Shown piece by piece: positions 36,866-45,805 of a stretch of 64,000 nucleotides of DNA. Source of the stretch: a virus; IMG/VR virus record IMGVR_UViG_3300033489_000007, positions 1,342 to 65,341 of that record; one strand, given 5' to 3'. The notes below the pieces were generated by a model. It searched no databases. It was not told where the DNA came from and saw nothing but the letters and a program-made list of their open reading frames with translations. The translations under genes were made by a program, and so were the position numbers. How positions within the stretch are numbered: position 1 is the first letter of the stretch; the number at the start of each line of letters is the position of its first letter.

Positions 36866-37141
36866 CTACTTGTTGTTAGCGCCCGGTGGCAAATTGATGA
36901 TCCCACCGGCGGCAGTCATCCATGCGCCAAGCTCAAGTCGCAGCTCCAATACAGATTGCTCGTATTGCAGGCATTGCTGTTTCGTCGCCGCCAATGAGGC
37001 TTGCAGCTTATCGTTGAGCGCAGTCAGCCGCGCTACTTCATCCTGTGATCTGTTGTATCGCAATGTCTGTTTTGCGTATGCGTCTTCAATGCTCATAGTG
37101 CTTCCCCGTCGTCTGTAGCGGTGACTACTTGTTGCTGCCAC
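36866..37141 (-). CDS. coiled-coil protein sharing a C-terminal tail with the SPFH protein
   Basis: Ends in TAAGGIINLPPGANNK, against TAAGGIVNLPAGGSNK at the end of 37125..38114. Confidence 0.4.
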   Translation of the reverse strand: MAATSSHRYRRRGSTMSIEDAYAKQTLRYNRSQDEVARLTALNDKLQASLAATKQQCLQYEQSVLELRLELGAWMTAAGGIINLPPGANNK

Positions 37142-38114
37142 CAGCAGGAAGATTCACGATGCCGCCAGCCGCAGTTAGTGGCACATACTCAGGCACATAC
37201 GCACCGTTCCAGCGAGTAGCCTTAATCTTGTCGATTTCAAGCTGGCGGAACTTAAGCTCAGTGTCTAGGTTCTGTGCAATAAGGCGGTTGTAGTCGCTGA
37301 TGCCTTGACCTTCCGAGCGCTTCGCAGCAGCACGAAGCTCAGCGGCTGCTTTCTCACCTTCGGCCTGTGCAATGAGCGCCTTGGCCGACGCCTCTGCCTC
37401 AATAGCCTTGGCTCGTTGCTCTTGTTCTACGCGGTCTGCATTCGCCTTCGCAGTTGCTACCTTCTGCTGTGCATTCATCGTGGCTTTGATCTGCGCATCA
37501 AAGTCATCCGACCAATCCCAGTTGGTCAGGTTGAATTGGTTGAGCACGACCGGGTACGGCTCCAGCTTTAAGGCTGCTGCCTTGCGCGTTTCTCCAGCAA
37601 TTTTACCGGCGTTGGTGGCAAGGTCATAAATACGGTATCTGCCGATTTCAGCCTTGAGCGCCTCGTATACAGTGTTAGTGACGATTGACGCCAACTTGTC
37701 GGTATCGGGGTACTTATCCACAATCAGCCTAATTTGATCGCTGTTATAGGACCACACGACCTTCGACCCGATGCCCACAGTTTGGTTGTCAGACGTTACT
37801 GCGCCTTGCGGTCCAACTTCAATATCCATGTCTTCAGTGTGAGGGGCTAGGTTGTAAGTACGGAACGACGACACAATCGGCCATTTGTACTGCAAACCCG
37901 GGCTGTAAACTTCATTTGATACGGTGCCCAATGTCACCTTGACTGCGCGTTCCGAAGGGGCGATTACCGTAAAGCTGCCGTAGGCAAGAACTAACAGCGC
38001 CAGCGTCACGGCCGAGTCACGGAGTACTGCAAACTCGTTTAGGTCCTGTACTTTTCGTGGCGGCGAGTAGCTATTGTCCATTCGCTCTGTGTAATAACGA
38101 CTGAATATTGACAT
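37125..38114 (-). CDS. SPFH/band-7 (prohibitin/HflC-like) membrane protein
   Basis: N-terminal transmembrane segment, then ERAVKVTLGTVSNEVYSPGLQYKWPIV ... followed by a long Ala/Glu/Lys coiled coil. This is the typical SPFH domain layout. Confidence 0.7.
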   Translation of the reverse strand: MSIFSRYYTERMDNSYSPPRKVQDLNEFAVLRDSAVTLALLVLAYGSFTVIAPSERAVKVTLGTVSNEVYSPGLQYKWPIVSSFRTYNLAPHTEDMDIEVGPQGAVTSDNQTVGIGSKVVWSYNSDQIRLIVDKYPDTDKLASIVTNTVYEALKAEIGRYRIYDLATNAGKIAGETRKAAALKLEPYPVVLNQFNLTNWDWSDDFDAQIKATMNAQQKVATAKANADRVEQEQRAKAIEAEASAKALIAQAEGEKAAAELRAAAKRSEGQGISDYNRLIAQNLDTELKFRQLEIDKIKATRWNGAYVPEYVPLTAAGGIVNLPAGGSNK

Positions 38115-38134
38115 ATTGTTTGTTCCTGTTTATT

Positions 38135-38182
38135 AAATAAAAATGGGGTTAGCCAGCCCAGCCCGTGAATCTAAGGCTAACC
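38135..38182 (-). terminator. rho-independent terminator between the AAA+ and SPFH genes
   Basis: Stem GGTTAGCC/GGCTAACC followed on the − strand by CCATTTTTATTT. Confidence 0.5.
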
Positions 38183-38210
38183 AACCCCACCCAAGTCCCG
38201 TGAGGGCTTG

Positions 38211-39683
38211 TTACTTGTTGACCGCCCTCAGCACCATCTTGGCGTTGTCATGGGCGGTCGGCACGCGACCCGAGACCACGTCGTCCATTGCAGCGCGCAT
38301 CAAGCCGTCAATGGTCGGCGCAGCATCGGGCGGCGTCATCGCACGCTTGAGCAGCTCGGTCTGACCCTTGATGGTATGCGCGGCATCCACCAGCGCGTCC
38401 GACGTCAACTTGGTGATTGGTTCACCCTTCGGCTGATACGTCATCTGAGCCAGCTTAGCCCGCTTGACTACCTCGGCAATCACTGCAGGGATTTGTCCTT
38501 CCAGCAATGCAGCGACCGGCGCAAGGTCCGCGCCCTCGACCAATGAGCCGCCATACAGCCGCACCAACTTTTGTACCGCTTCGGCGTCGGGTGCCGTGAC
38601 TTCGATCACGGCGTCCAGGCGGCCCGGTCGCAACATAGCTGGGTTAATCAGCTCCATGTGGTTGGTCGTCAACACCACGATAGTGTGGGAACGTTTCGAG
38701 TCGATGCCGTCGATAATGTTGAGAATGTCGTCCATTGCTACTGACCGCTCGCCCGCTACCACTCGGTCGATGTCCTCGCAGAACACCACGCAGGCAGGAG
38801 ACTGGTACTGCTGGGCGAATTGGATCGCCATGCTCAGTTCGTCGGCGCGCGGGATGTAAATGTACGTGATACCCGCCTCGACCGCCAGTTTGGCTGCGGC
38901 GGTCGCCGCCAACGTCTTGCCGGTGCCATACGGGCCACCCAACAACACGCCGCGCTTGATCGGGATACCGTTTTCCAAGCACTCTTGGGCGCGGCTGATC
39001 GGCGTAAACAGGTTGGTCGTTACCATTCGCATCAACGTCTGCGAGAAAATCAAATTCTCAGGGCCGAGGTCCGCAGTCATGAATTTGATGTCTGGCATCG
39101 ACATCACATCGCCGTCGTCACCCTTGAAACGAATCTTCAATGCCTTACCTTTGTAAATGCTGTTGCCCTTCAATTCGGCAGTCACGGCGTCAAAGATGCG
39201 GCGCACAGTGGGCTCGTCACGCCGCACGATTTCGGCAGTTATGGCGAACATAACACGGCCGTTCTTGTTGGTCACATGGGTCTGGATGAAGCCCTTGACG
39301 TTGGGTACTTCGAACCGGCCCCAGGGAATCAACTTGGTCTTACCCACGCCGACTTCAACGTCGATCATTTGTGGGGGCTCATCGCCGAAGAACCCCGGTG
39401 TCGGGATGCCCTGCGCCCAACCGTAGATGTTCGACAGTACAGTCACCAAAGCGTTAGCGCCGTCGAACGGGTGCACATCAATGGTCGTGCTCATTTGGGT
39501 TACTTTGTTTTCGTACTCGGCGCGCTCCTTGATGGTACGGATGGCATCGGCATAGTCCATTTCTTCCGGGATCAAAATTTTGTCGCCAAGGCGGACGATG
39601 TCCGCCGTAACCATCTGTGTGGGCATGGCGGCTAAGGTGCGACCGTTATGCTCACGTACGAATTTAGAGTTGTCTTCGGGCAT
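38211..39683 (-). CDS. AAA+ ATPase (classic clade, FtsH/CDC48-like ATPase module without a protease domain)
   Basis: Walker A GVLLGGPYGTGKT, Walker B VVFCEDIDRV, second region of homology VLTTNHMELINPAMLRPGRLDAVIEV. Confidence 0.8.
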   Translation of the reverse strand: MPEDNSKFVREHNGRTLAAMPTQMVTADIVRLGDKILIPEEMDYADAIRTIKERAEYENKVTQMSTTIDVHPFDGANALVTVLSNIYGWAQGIPTPGFFGDEPPQMIDVEVGVGKTKLIPWGRFEVPNVKGFIQTHVTNKNGRVMFAITAEIVRRDEPTVRRIFDAVTAELKGNSIYKGKALKIRFKGDDGDVMSMPDIKFMTADLGPENLIFSQTLMRMVTTNLFTPISRAQECLENGIPIKRGVLLGGPYGTGKTLAATAAAKLAVEAGITYIYIPRADELSMAIQFAQQYQSPACVVFCEDIDRVVAGERSVAMDDILNIIDGIDSKRSHTIVVLTTNHMELINPAMLRPGRLDAVIEVTAPDAEAVQKLVRLYGGSLVEGADLAPVAALLEGQIPAVIAEVVKRAKLAQMTYQPKGEPITKLTSDALVDAAHTIKGQTELLKRAMTPPDAAPTIDGLMRAAMDDVVSGRVPTAHDNAKMVLRAVNK

Positions 39684-39741
39684 TACTGCTAATCTCCTGC
39701 TCAGGGGTGTTATTGACTATCGACTATCTGACAGCTCGGGT

Positions 39742-39770
39742 AGTATAGCACGGGACGACAGCCCCGTGAA
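39742..39770 (-). promoter_or_regulatory. putative promoter TTCACG-17-TATACT upstream of the AAA+ gene
   Basis: − strand reading of the 39684–39772 intergenic region. Confidence 0.3.
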
Positions 39771-39772
39771 GA

Positions 39773-40285
39773 TTAAACGTCGGTGAAGATGGCGTCAAGC
39801 AGCTGTGATTGTAAGACGTCACCTTCTTTGGCAAGCTGGGGTGGCGTGTCGTCAAACACTATCTTGCCCTCGGCACCGCGGTCAAAGCGCCTGTTGATAT
39901 AAAATGTGTCGCCATGAAGGGTTTTGGCCTCTATGATGTAACACTCCCACCGGTCGTCGCGCTCCGACGGCGGGCGGTCGTCAGTTACGCCCTTTACCAA
40001 TTCCGCGCCCCACGCCTCGCTCATGTGCACAACCATACCGATGGCCATAGGGGTGCCCTTGGTCATTCTGATCATTTTATTGAGGGCGAGGGTAACGCGC
40101 TCCGGCGGCAAACCAAACGCTGGCTTGAGCACATGTCCGTTATTACCCTCGTGGTCGAACAGCAAGTACATATTCAGGAGCTCGCCATTTTTTTCTAGGA
40201 TCGCCTCCACAAACACTGCCAGCGTCAGCATAAACCGAGTCAACGCCGCCTTATCACGTATATCAACTTGCCACTTGTTTATCAT
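39773..40285 (-). CDS. hypothetical protein (170 aa)
   Basis: ORF. Confidence 0.4.
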   Translation of the reverse strand: MINKWQVDIRDKAALTRFMLTLAVFVEAILEKNGELLNMYLLFDHEGNNGHVLKPAFGLPPERVTLALNKMIRMTKGTPMAIGMVVHMSEAWGAELVKGVTDDRPPSERDDRWECYIIEAKTLHGDTFYINRRFDRGAEGKIVFDDTPPQLAKEGDVLQSQLLDAIFTDV

Positions 40286-40685
40286 GTTGTTCTCGTATTG
40301 GTTGCTCGATACAAGTCGAGGATGTGGTCACGGGACTGCATCGGCGTCATCACATGATACCAATTGCCCGATTTGAAGCGGCGGAAGCGCACCGCACGCC
40401 CGTGGTTTGTGCCGACACGCCACAGTTCGATCACCATCAACTTGTTGGCGTACGGTGGGAAAAATATGACTGTTGCACTCATACCGGGATGCCCTCGTCG
40501 TTTGCGATCTTGCTGATGTGCCTACCTTTTAACCGCACTAGTTGCAGCAACTCGTCACCGCTAAAGTCACTCCTAAGCGCTTTGATTATTATCTCCCTGA
40601 GGTCTGGCGGCATTTCCCCATCGGGCAAGTCGTCACAGGCTAGGAGCAATGATTCGAGTGGTAAGTTATTGAGCGCCATAAATGG

Positions 40686-40892
40686 TCACCGCTTCAATCT
40701 GAGCGTATGGGGACCGTGGGGGGTGTCCGCGTCTTTTTCTTTTCTAGCGCGTACCTCCTCTCTATCCACTGCCGTTTCAGCGGGGGCGACTATGCCCAGT
40801 TTGACCTGTGACCCGAATACGCTCAACACTGTTACTACAATGTCGTCGCCGATGATGATTGACTCACCGGGCCTTCTAGTTAATATCAACAT
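40686..40892 (-). CDS. csrA: CsrA/RsmA-family RNA-binding translational regulator homologue
   Basis: [47 protein letters not shown] aligns with the CsrA N-terminus (MLILTRRVGE..IGD...TVL...G..V.IG..AP....V.REE). Strong RBS AAGGAGAG 6 nt upstream of this ATG. Confidence 0.75.
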   Translation of the reverse strand: MLILTRRPGESIIIGDDIVVTVLSVFGSQVKLGIVAPAETAVDREEVRARKEKDADTPHGPHTLRLKR

Positions 40893-41223
40893 CACTATCT
40901 CTCCTTTTGCGTTGTTCCAACTCAAACACGTGCCGCACTATTTCACCCCATCCGTCGGGCCTAACCCTCAACAAACATGTGTCTATGAAACGCATGATCG
41001 TGTTCGGTCGTTGGGGTCGGATATCATGGCCTGTGCCAATCAAGATAATGTTGCGGAGGCTAAGCTCAGCAGCCTCGGTGTCGCATATCGCCCACAGACA
41101 TACGCGGTCATTACCGGCGTCGTCGGGCTGTACTTTAGCGCTTATTATGTGCGCGTCGTCGGGCATCCACACTTCCTGTTGGTGGACGGTGACTAGGGGG
41201 AACTTCCAAATTTGCGGCTTCAT
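40876..41223 (-). CDS. hypothetical protein downstream of sigma factor (115 aa)
   Basis: ATGA-coupled to the sigma gene. No recognisable motif. Confidence 0.4.
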   Translation of the reverse strand: MKPQIWKFPLVTVHQQEVWMPDDAHIISAKVQPDDAGNDRVCLWAICDTEAAELSLRNIILIGTGHDIRPQRPNTIMRFIDTCLLRVRPDGWGEIVRHVFELEQRKRRDSDVDIN

Positions 41224-41717
41224 GTTTTGCTATTTCTGAGTGTGCGGGTCGTGTCGCGCAGGCCGCGCGCTATGTGGTGTTCGATGGTCTTTTCGCTTAG
41301 ACCGAAGCGTTGAGCTAGCTGCCGGTACGACATCCCGTAAAACACCCGCAGCGAAAATATGGCCCGACATTTAGGTGGTAAATACCTAACAGCTTGCAGT
41401 AAAAGGTCGGACTGCTGCGCCGCTATCATCAATTCTTCCAGCGATTCGTCGCCCGACAAGTGGTCATCAAAATCACCGCGCGGCTCTGTTTTGATTATGC
41501 TATCGTGGCGGTGCGAGTTAATGGCTAGATGATGAGCCACGGTGAACAGAAATGCGCGCGGCACGTCCGCCCTGTCCGCGTTTTGATGGGTCCTCAAAAA
41601 AGCTTCCTGCACGATGTCGTCAATAGCCTGTTCATTGATCCCCAGACGCCTGATGTAACAACGCAGGTCAACATAGCTGCTTTTAAACAGCTCGGTTATC
41701 GTGTTTGTTGCGCTCAT
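41220..41717 (-). CDS. ECF-type sigma-70 family sigma factor
   Basis: Region 2 (IDDIVQEAFLRTHQ) and region 4 HTH (KCRAIFSLRVFYGMSYRQLAQRFGLSEKTIEHHIARGL). Confidence 0.8.
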   Translation of the reverse strand: MSATNTITELFKSSYVDLRCYIRRLGINEQAIDDIVQEAFLRTHQNADRADVPRAFLFTVAHHLAINSHRHDSIIKTEPRGDFDDHLSGDESLEELMIAAQQSDLLLQAVRYLPPKCRAIFSLRVFYGMSYRQLAQRFGLSEKTIEHHIARGLRDTTRTLRNSKT

Positions 41718-41747
41718 TGCTGCCTGCCTCCGTCATCCTGTACTGTT

Positions 41748-41778
41748 ATTATAGCACGCGCGACCCGCGCCGCCAAGA
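41748..41778 (-). promoter_or_regulatory. putative sigma70 promoter with extended −10 (cTTGGCg-17-TGcTATAAT) upstream of the sigma factor gene
   Basis: − strand reading. A GC palindrome GCGCGacCCGCGC sits in the spacer. Confidence 0.4.
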
Positions 41779-41811
41779 TTCAATTATGTGGGTGCCGTCT
41801 TTACTATCATT

Positions 41812-42108
41812 TTAAACTTCCTTCCTCATTAAATACACGACCCTTAAATAGCCCACCTGTGGCGTCGGCGGGTGGAGGTGCACTTCGCTTGGGGCTAACC
41901 CGTGGCGGCTCGGGATGAGGGTATAATAGCTTGGGGCTGATCCCTGCCTAGTAATGCACTCCTTGGTTGCAGCTACCTCAAAATCGCCCGGGGCCAACTG
42001 CTGCAGTGAATATGACACCTTATTATAGCGTTGACGGTAGGTCACGTACAATACCTGCTCGCATCCGAGCGGCATCGCTACCTTAGACACCCCTGCTTTG
42101 ATTTTCAT
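41812..42108 (-). CDS. hypothetical protein (98 aa)
   Basis: Coupled ORF. Confidence 0.35.
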   Translation of the reverse strand: MKIKAGVSKVAMPLGCEQVLYVTYRQRYNKVSYSLQQLAPGDFEVAATKECITRQGSAPSYYTLIPSRHGLAPSEVHLHPPTPQVGYLRVVYLMRKEV

Positions 42109-42350
42109 TTACCCTCCGGTATTAGTTTTCCGATCCTGATGTCCAATACAATTGCCGCGCGCCATATCTGATCGACATAGATACGTGACCGACCAGCCTC
42201 AAGATTAGCAAGCTGCGATCTTGTTATCCCCATGCGTGCCGAAAGTTTTTCTTGAGTGACTTTCTTGAGCTTACGGGTAATAGCCAATCTTAAACCGATC
42301 TCCTGCTGAAACCCTCGCTGATCGAAAGACGGCTGTTTGGTATTTTTCAT
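42105..42350 (-). CDS. XRE-family helix-turn-helix transcriptional regulator
   Basis: LKKVTQEKLSARMGITRSQLANLEAGR is a classic Cro/CI-type HTH. Confidence 0.6.
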   Translation of the reverse strand: MKNTKQPSFDQRGFQQEIGLRLAITRKLKKVTQEKLSARMGITRSQLANLEAGRSRIYVDQIWRAAIVLDIRIGKLIPEGK

Positions 42351-42622
42351 TTACCCTCCAGACAGCGCAACGCTAACATGCACAACAAATCCGACTCGGT
42401 GAACTTTTCCTTGGTGCGGATCGAGCGCTCGGCGTTGCGCAGAAACAGGATGGCGTCGCTTACCCGCGTAGACCGCATAGCCTCCTTCGCGTGTTTAAGC
42501 GCGGCCCGCGATGGAATCTCGATCGGGGCTAACGCTTTATTTGCGTTACGCGTCGCTTGATATCTGGCCCGCGTTTCGTCCGACCACTTACGCCCTTTCA
42601 ACGGGTGCGGTTTCTTTTTCAT
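42347..42622 (-). CDS. hypothetical basic protein (NUMOD3-like GRKWSDETRARY motif)
   Basis: Short basic ORF. Confidence 0.3.
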   Translation of the reverse strand: MKKKPHPLKGRKWSDETRARYQATRNANKALAPIEIPSRAALKHAKEAMRSTRVSDAILFLRNAERSIRTKEKFTESDLLCMLALRCLEGK

Positions 42623-42968
42623 CCTGCTTCTCCTCTATGTCGGCATGTTCTCGCTGATGCGGATCGACGGTAACGTTGAACAACATCAAATATTTCTCGG
42701 GGCAAATAGGCGTGGCCGGTAGCGGCCTCATGGTGGTCAGGCACTTGACTGGCCGGTCTAACAGCCAGAGGGTGCCTCGCGCGTCGTCACGTATTGCCAA
42801 CGTGCCTGGGCGACGACCATATAGTAATTCGATAATGGCGACAGCCTCGTGGTCGGGTATTTTACATATACACAACACTTCAGCGACCTCAAATTTACCG
42901 AAGGTGAGCGCCCTGCACCCCGGGACGATGGGTAATAACTTAGTCATAGCGTGTTTGAGTTGGAACAA
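42588..42968 (-). CDS. hypothetical protein (126 aa)
   Basis: ORF. Confidence 0.35.
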   Translation of the reverse strand: MFQLKHAMTKLLPIVPGCRALTFGKFEVAEVLCICKIPDHEAVAIIELLYGRRPGTLAIRDDARGTLWLLDRPVKCLTTMRPLPATPICPEKYLMLFNVTVDPHQREHADIEEKQDEKETAPVERA

Positions 42969-43837
42969 CGCAAAGCGTCCTCAACACTATTGGTACTAAC
43001 GAACCGAAATCGTCGGTGATCCAAAACCCCAAGTAACTTTCACCATTGGTCCCAAGCCACACTTGAAAGGTTGACGACCAAATAAAAAGATAGCTGCCGA
43101 TCCTCAGGTATTGGCTGCCGAACTGTTGGTAAAAATAATAGGTCATAACCGCTTCTCACTGGGTTTAGTGAGCGCCCTCACCATCAAATTCCACGCGTTG
43201 GCGGCGGCTTTCTTTCCAACCAGTTCAACACTCAACGCGTGCGACGTTTTCATAGCTTACTCCGCGCCCTGTGATAGCCGAGGCGCGCCAGTCGACAGCC
43301 CGCGACGACAATGAACAGCGCCCAAACGAGCGGGCCGCCGTACACCACTTGCAACAACGCTTCCCGCTTCGACTCCGGTGGCGGCAACTGAGTGAAGATG
43401 AAGCACATAATCAAAGATAACACAAACTCAATCATTTCTTGGCTCCCATGTTAGGGTTTAACCTTGTTTCCCTTGGTTCCGTAAAAATGATCCAACCTGC
43501 CGTTGTACATAGTCAACTTGCGGCGGCGCTCGACAATTTCTGCGGGCCGCTTCTTGTTCCAGTAATACAGAGACCCGCGACATAGCGCACACGCCTCGTG
43601 CTTCGAGTCGGCTGGCAACGTGTTGAGGCACTTGTCTATTATGCATTGTTTGTAGGTCATTTGAAATGCGCCTCCCATTCAGCCATTTGTTTAACTTTTT
43701 CACCCAGCAGGCGTAGACCGGCGGCTAGGCGCATCCAATGTTCAATGCTGGCCAACAAGGCTTGTTTGACGTCTTCGTCCATCTCATTTAGCTCCGGCCT
43801 ATAGATGACATTACCGCGAACGTGAAATCGTACTCGC

Positions 43838-44110
43838 TCACAGCAATTCGGCCAAGGGGTTGGTGGCAACGGTGGGTCGGCCCTCAACGCTCAGAGTGAA
43901 GCGCGCCCCCCGGCCCATGTCGCAATCGATCCCGTGGCTCGGCGGTGATTGCCAGTCGCACACGGGGCAATTGCCGCGAACGTTAGCCGCGTACCGGCGC
44001 ACAGCCCGCCCAAACCGGCCGACAGTGCGAATGGTGGAAAAGAGCTTACGGTGTCTCATAATTCTCTTCCCCGTCCTTGTCAATGCTGTAGAAAGAGTTA
44101 CCATTGTCAT
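43838..44110 (-). CDS. hypothetical protein (90 aa)
   Basis: ORF. Confidence 0.3.
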   Translation of the reverse strand: MTMVTLSTALTRTGKRIMRHRKLFSTIRTVGRFGRAVRRYAANVRGNCPVCDWQSPPSHGIDCDMGRGARFTLSVEGRPTVATNPLAELL

Positions 44111-44178
44111 ATGTTTCCTCGGGCGTGTCGTCCGGGCAACCCTTTACATACGCCTCGGCGCGGGTGAATGCAGGGCGG

Positions 44179-44457
44179 TCACGGCCCATACCACGGAAAA
44201 AGTTGACAGCACTCGCTCATTGTTAGCACTAGGCGCAACGCTTCGTACATGTCCGGTGCGGCCTTAATTAGCGCCGCGTTGCCCCGTGCTACATCGGTCG
44301 GGTAATAGGAGTATGAGCCGCGCGCATCGTTTTTAATTTCACAGACGATAGTCGCGGGCACAAAGCCGACGACGTCCGACGCATGCGGCCGGTGTAACGG
44401 CGTGCCTAGAATTTCACAACCAGCGACAACCCACGGCCCGGCTGTATAGGCGCTCAT
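44179..44457 (-). CDS. hypothetical protein (92 aa)
   Basis: ORF. Confidence 0.35.
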   Translation of the reverse strand: MSAYTAGPWVVAGCEILGTPLHRPHASDVVGFVPATIVCEIKNDARGSYSYYPTDVARGNAALIKAAPDMYEALRLVLTMSECCQLFPWYGP

Positions 44458-44744
44458 GATTGCACCTCACGCGCTTCCGCGATGCTGTTTAGGCGGTCTC
44501 GCAATGGTTTATTTATCTGTAGCGTACCGTCGTGCGCCCACACCCACGGACCGTTGTAGAAAATAACCCAATCAGTTAGCCAGCCGTCAGTAACGCAATA
44601 CCGGCCGGCCGCGGTACGTTCAAGGGTCTGTTTGCCGCTTTTAGCGATTAGTGTAGCCGCATGTTCAGCGGCCAACTGCGACTCACCGGCAACAGCCAGC
44701 ATGCGCCATTCGCGACGCTGCTTAAGTGTGATTTTGTTGCTCAT
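44454..44744 (-). CDS. hypothetical protein (96 aa)
   Basis: Coupled ORF. Confidence 0.35.
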   Translation of the reverse strand: MSNKITLKQRREWRMLAVAGESQLAAEHAATLIAKSGKQTLERTAAGRYCVTDGWLTDWVIFYNGPWVWAHDGTLQINKPLRDRLNSIAEAREVQS

Positions 44745-45011
44745 GTTTGCACCCGGCGAACCAAGTCGCCTGCAATCTCTATTGAGAAGGTACGCCCGTT
44801 GTGCTTGATCGTTTCTATGTTCATTTGGTCACCTAATTAACTGTTAGTTGAAATTGCGGGCGCGGCTAAACCATGTCGCGTTTACGAGCGACTTCGCGAA
44901 TATCTTCGCGTAGCTCTATGCCTCGCTCTTTGCAATACACGCTGAACTGTTGTGTTTCGCGCTTATCGCGAAAGTGGCCCGCCTGTTGTGCCAACTCGCA
45001 CAACCTCTGCA

Positions 45012-45506
45012 TTACATATGAGCCACTTCCGCGCTCGCACTTACTAACGCGCGCCACTTCTTCGCCGTCAATCTGCAAATAACCGGTAAATTCTGCGCCG
45101 TACCGGCTGCCCCAAATACTGCCCACAATCCCTTGACCGCCTCGGCGACCGCCTCGGCGACCGCCGCCTTATCATAAGGATTGACAGTGACCTCGATCAA
45201 CTCCTCGTAGAGGACCCTGACCACCACCTTTTGCGGGACTGGGTCCGCCTTTGGCTTGTTATCCCAGTCGGAGTCATAATCCGTGTCCTCGTTGATACGG
45301 AATGAAAACACTGGACGGCCCCCATGCGTGGTCGTCTGTTTATCCTCGTCAATGTGGACGGCATCATCACCCTCACGCACTCGATAGACAGACGATACCG
45401 GATTTAGCTCCCCCGAGCTGTTGGTGTCCCATATCCCGATCAGGCCGTCGGGCGGCAGCTCGCTTAAAGCCTTTATTAAGTCAGCGATTTTAAGGCCAGA
45501 TGACAT
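45012..45506 (-). CDS. hypothetical acidic protein (164 aa)
   Basis: Contains the AEAVAEAVK repeat encoded by a 12-bp tandem repeat. Confidence 0.4.
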   Translation of the reverse strand: MSSGLKIADLIKALSELPPDGLIGIWDTNSSGELNPVSSVYRVREGDDAVHIDEDKQTTTHGGRPVFSFRINEDTDYDSDWDNKPKADPVPQKVVVRVLYEELIEVTVNPYDKAAVAEAVAEAVKGLWAVFGAAGTAQNLPVICRLTAKKWRALVSASAEVAHM

Positions 45507-45549
45507 TTTGGCACCTCTATTGACTATCAGTTATCGAACTCTATACGTC

Positions 45550-45578
45550 ATTATAGCATGGGCCTAGGGGCCACACAA
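45550..45578 (-). promoter_or_regulatory. putative sigma70 promoter (TTGTGT-17-TATAAT)
   Basis: − strand reading upstream of 45506. Confidence 0.3.
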
Positions 45579-45805
45579 GACTAAAGGCAGTCACGGAGCT
45601 AACTTGGCCCCGGCACCCGATAACAGTGCCTCAAAGTCTGACAACCCCAACACCACATATTGCTCATCGGTGGCGGGGTGGGTCAACACAGCAACAGTGC
45701 CCGGCGGCAGTTTGGTAAGGGTTTCCCACAGTTCAACAGTGACGTCAAGCCTACCCCGATAGTTGACTTGCCCTGCTTTACACGCATCGTCAAAACTTGA
45801 CATGA

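Noticed and set aside
38820-39635. 271-aa + strand ORF antisense to the AAA+ ATPase gene
   Set aside because: The − strand frame carries unmistakable Walker A/B and SRH motifs. The + strand ORF is Arg/His-rich with no motifs.
40324-41196. 290-aa + strand ORF overlapping the CsrA and neighbouring − strand genes
   Set aside because: Ser/Pro-rich low-complexity sequence, whereas the − strand encodes a full-length CsrA homologue with a strong RBS.
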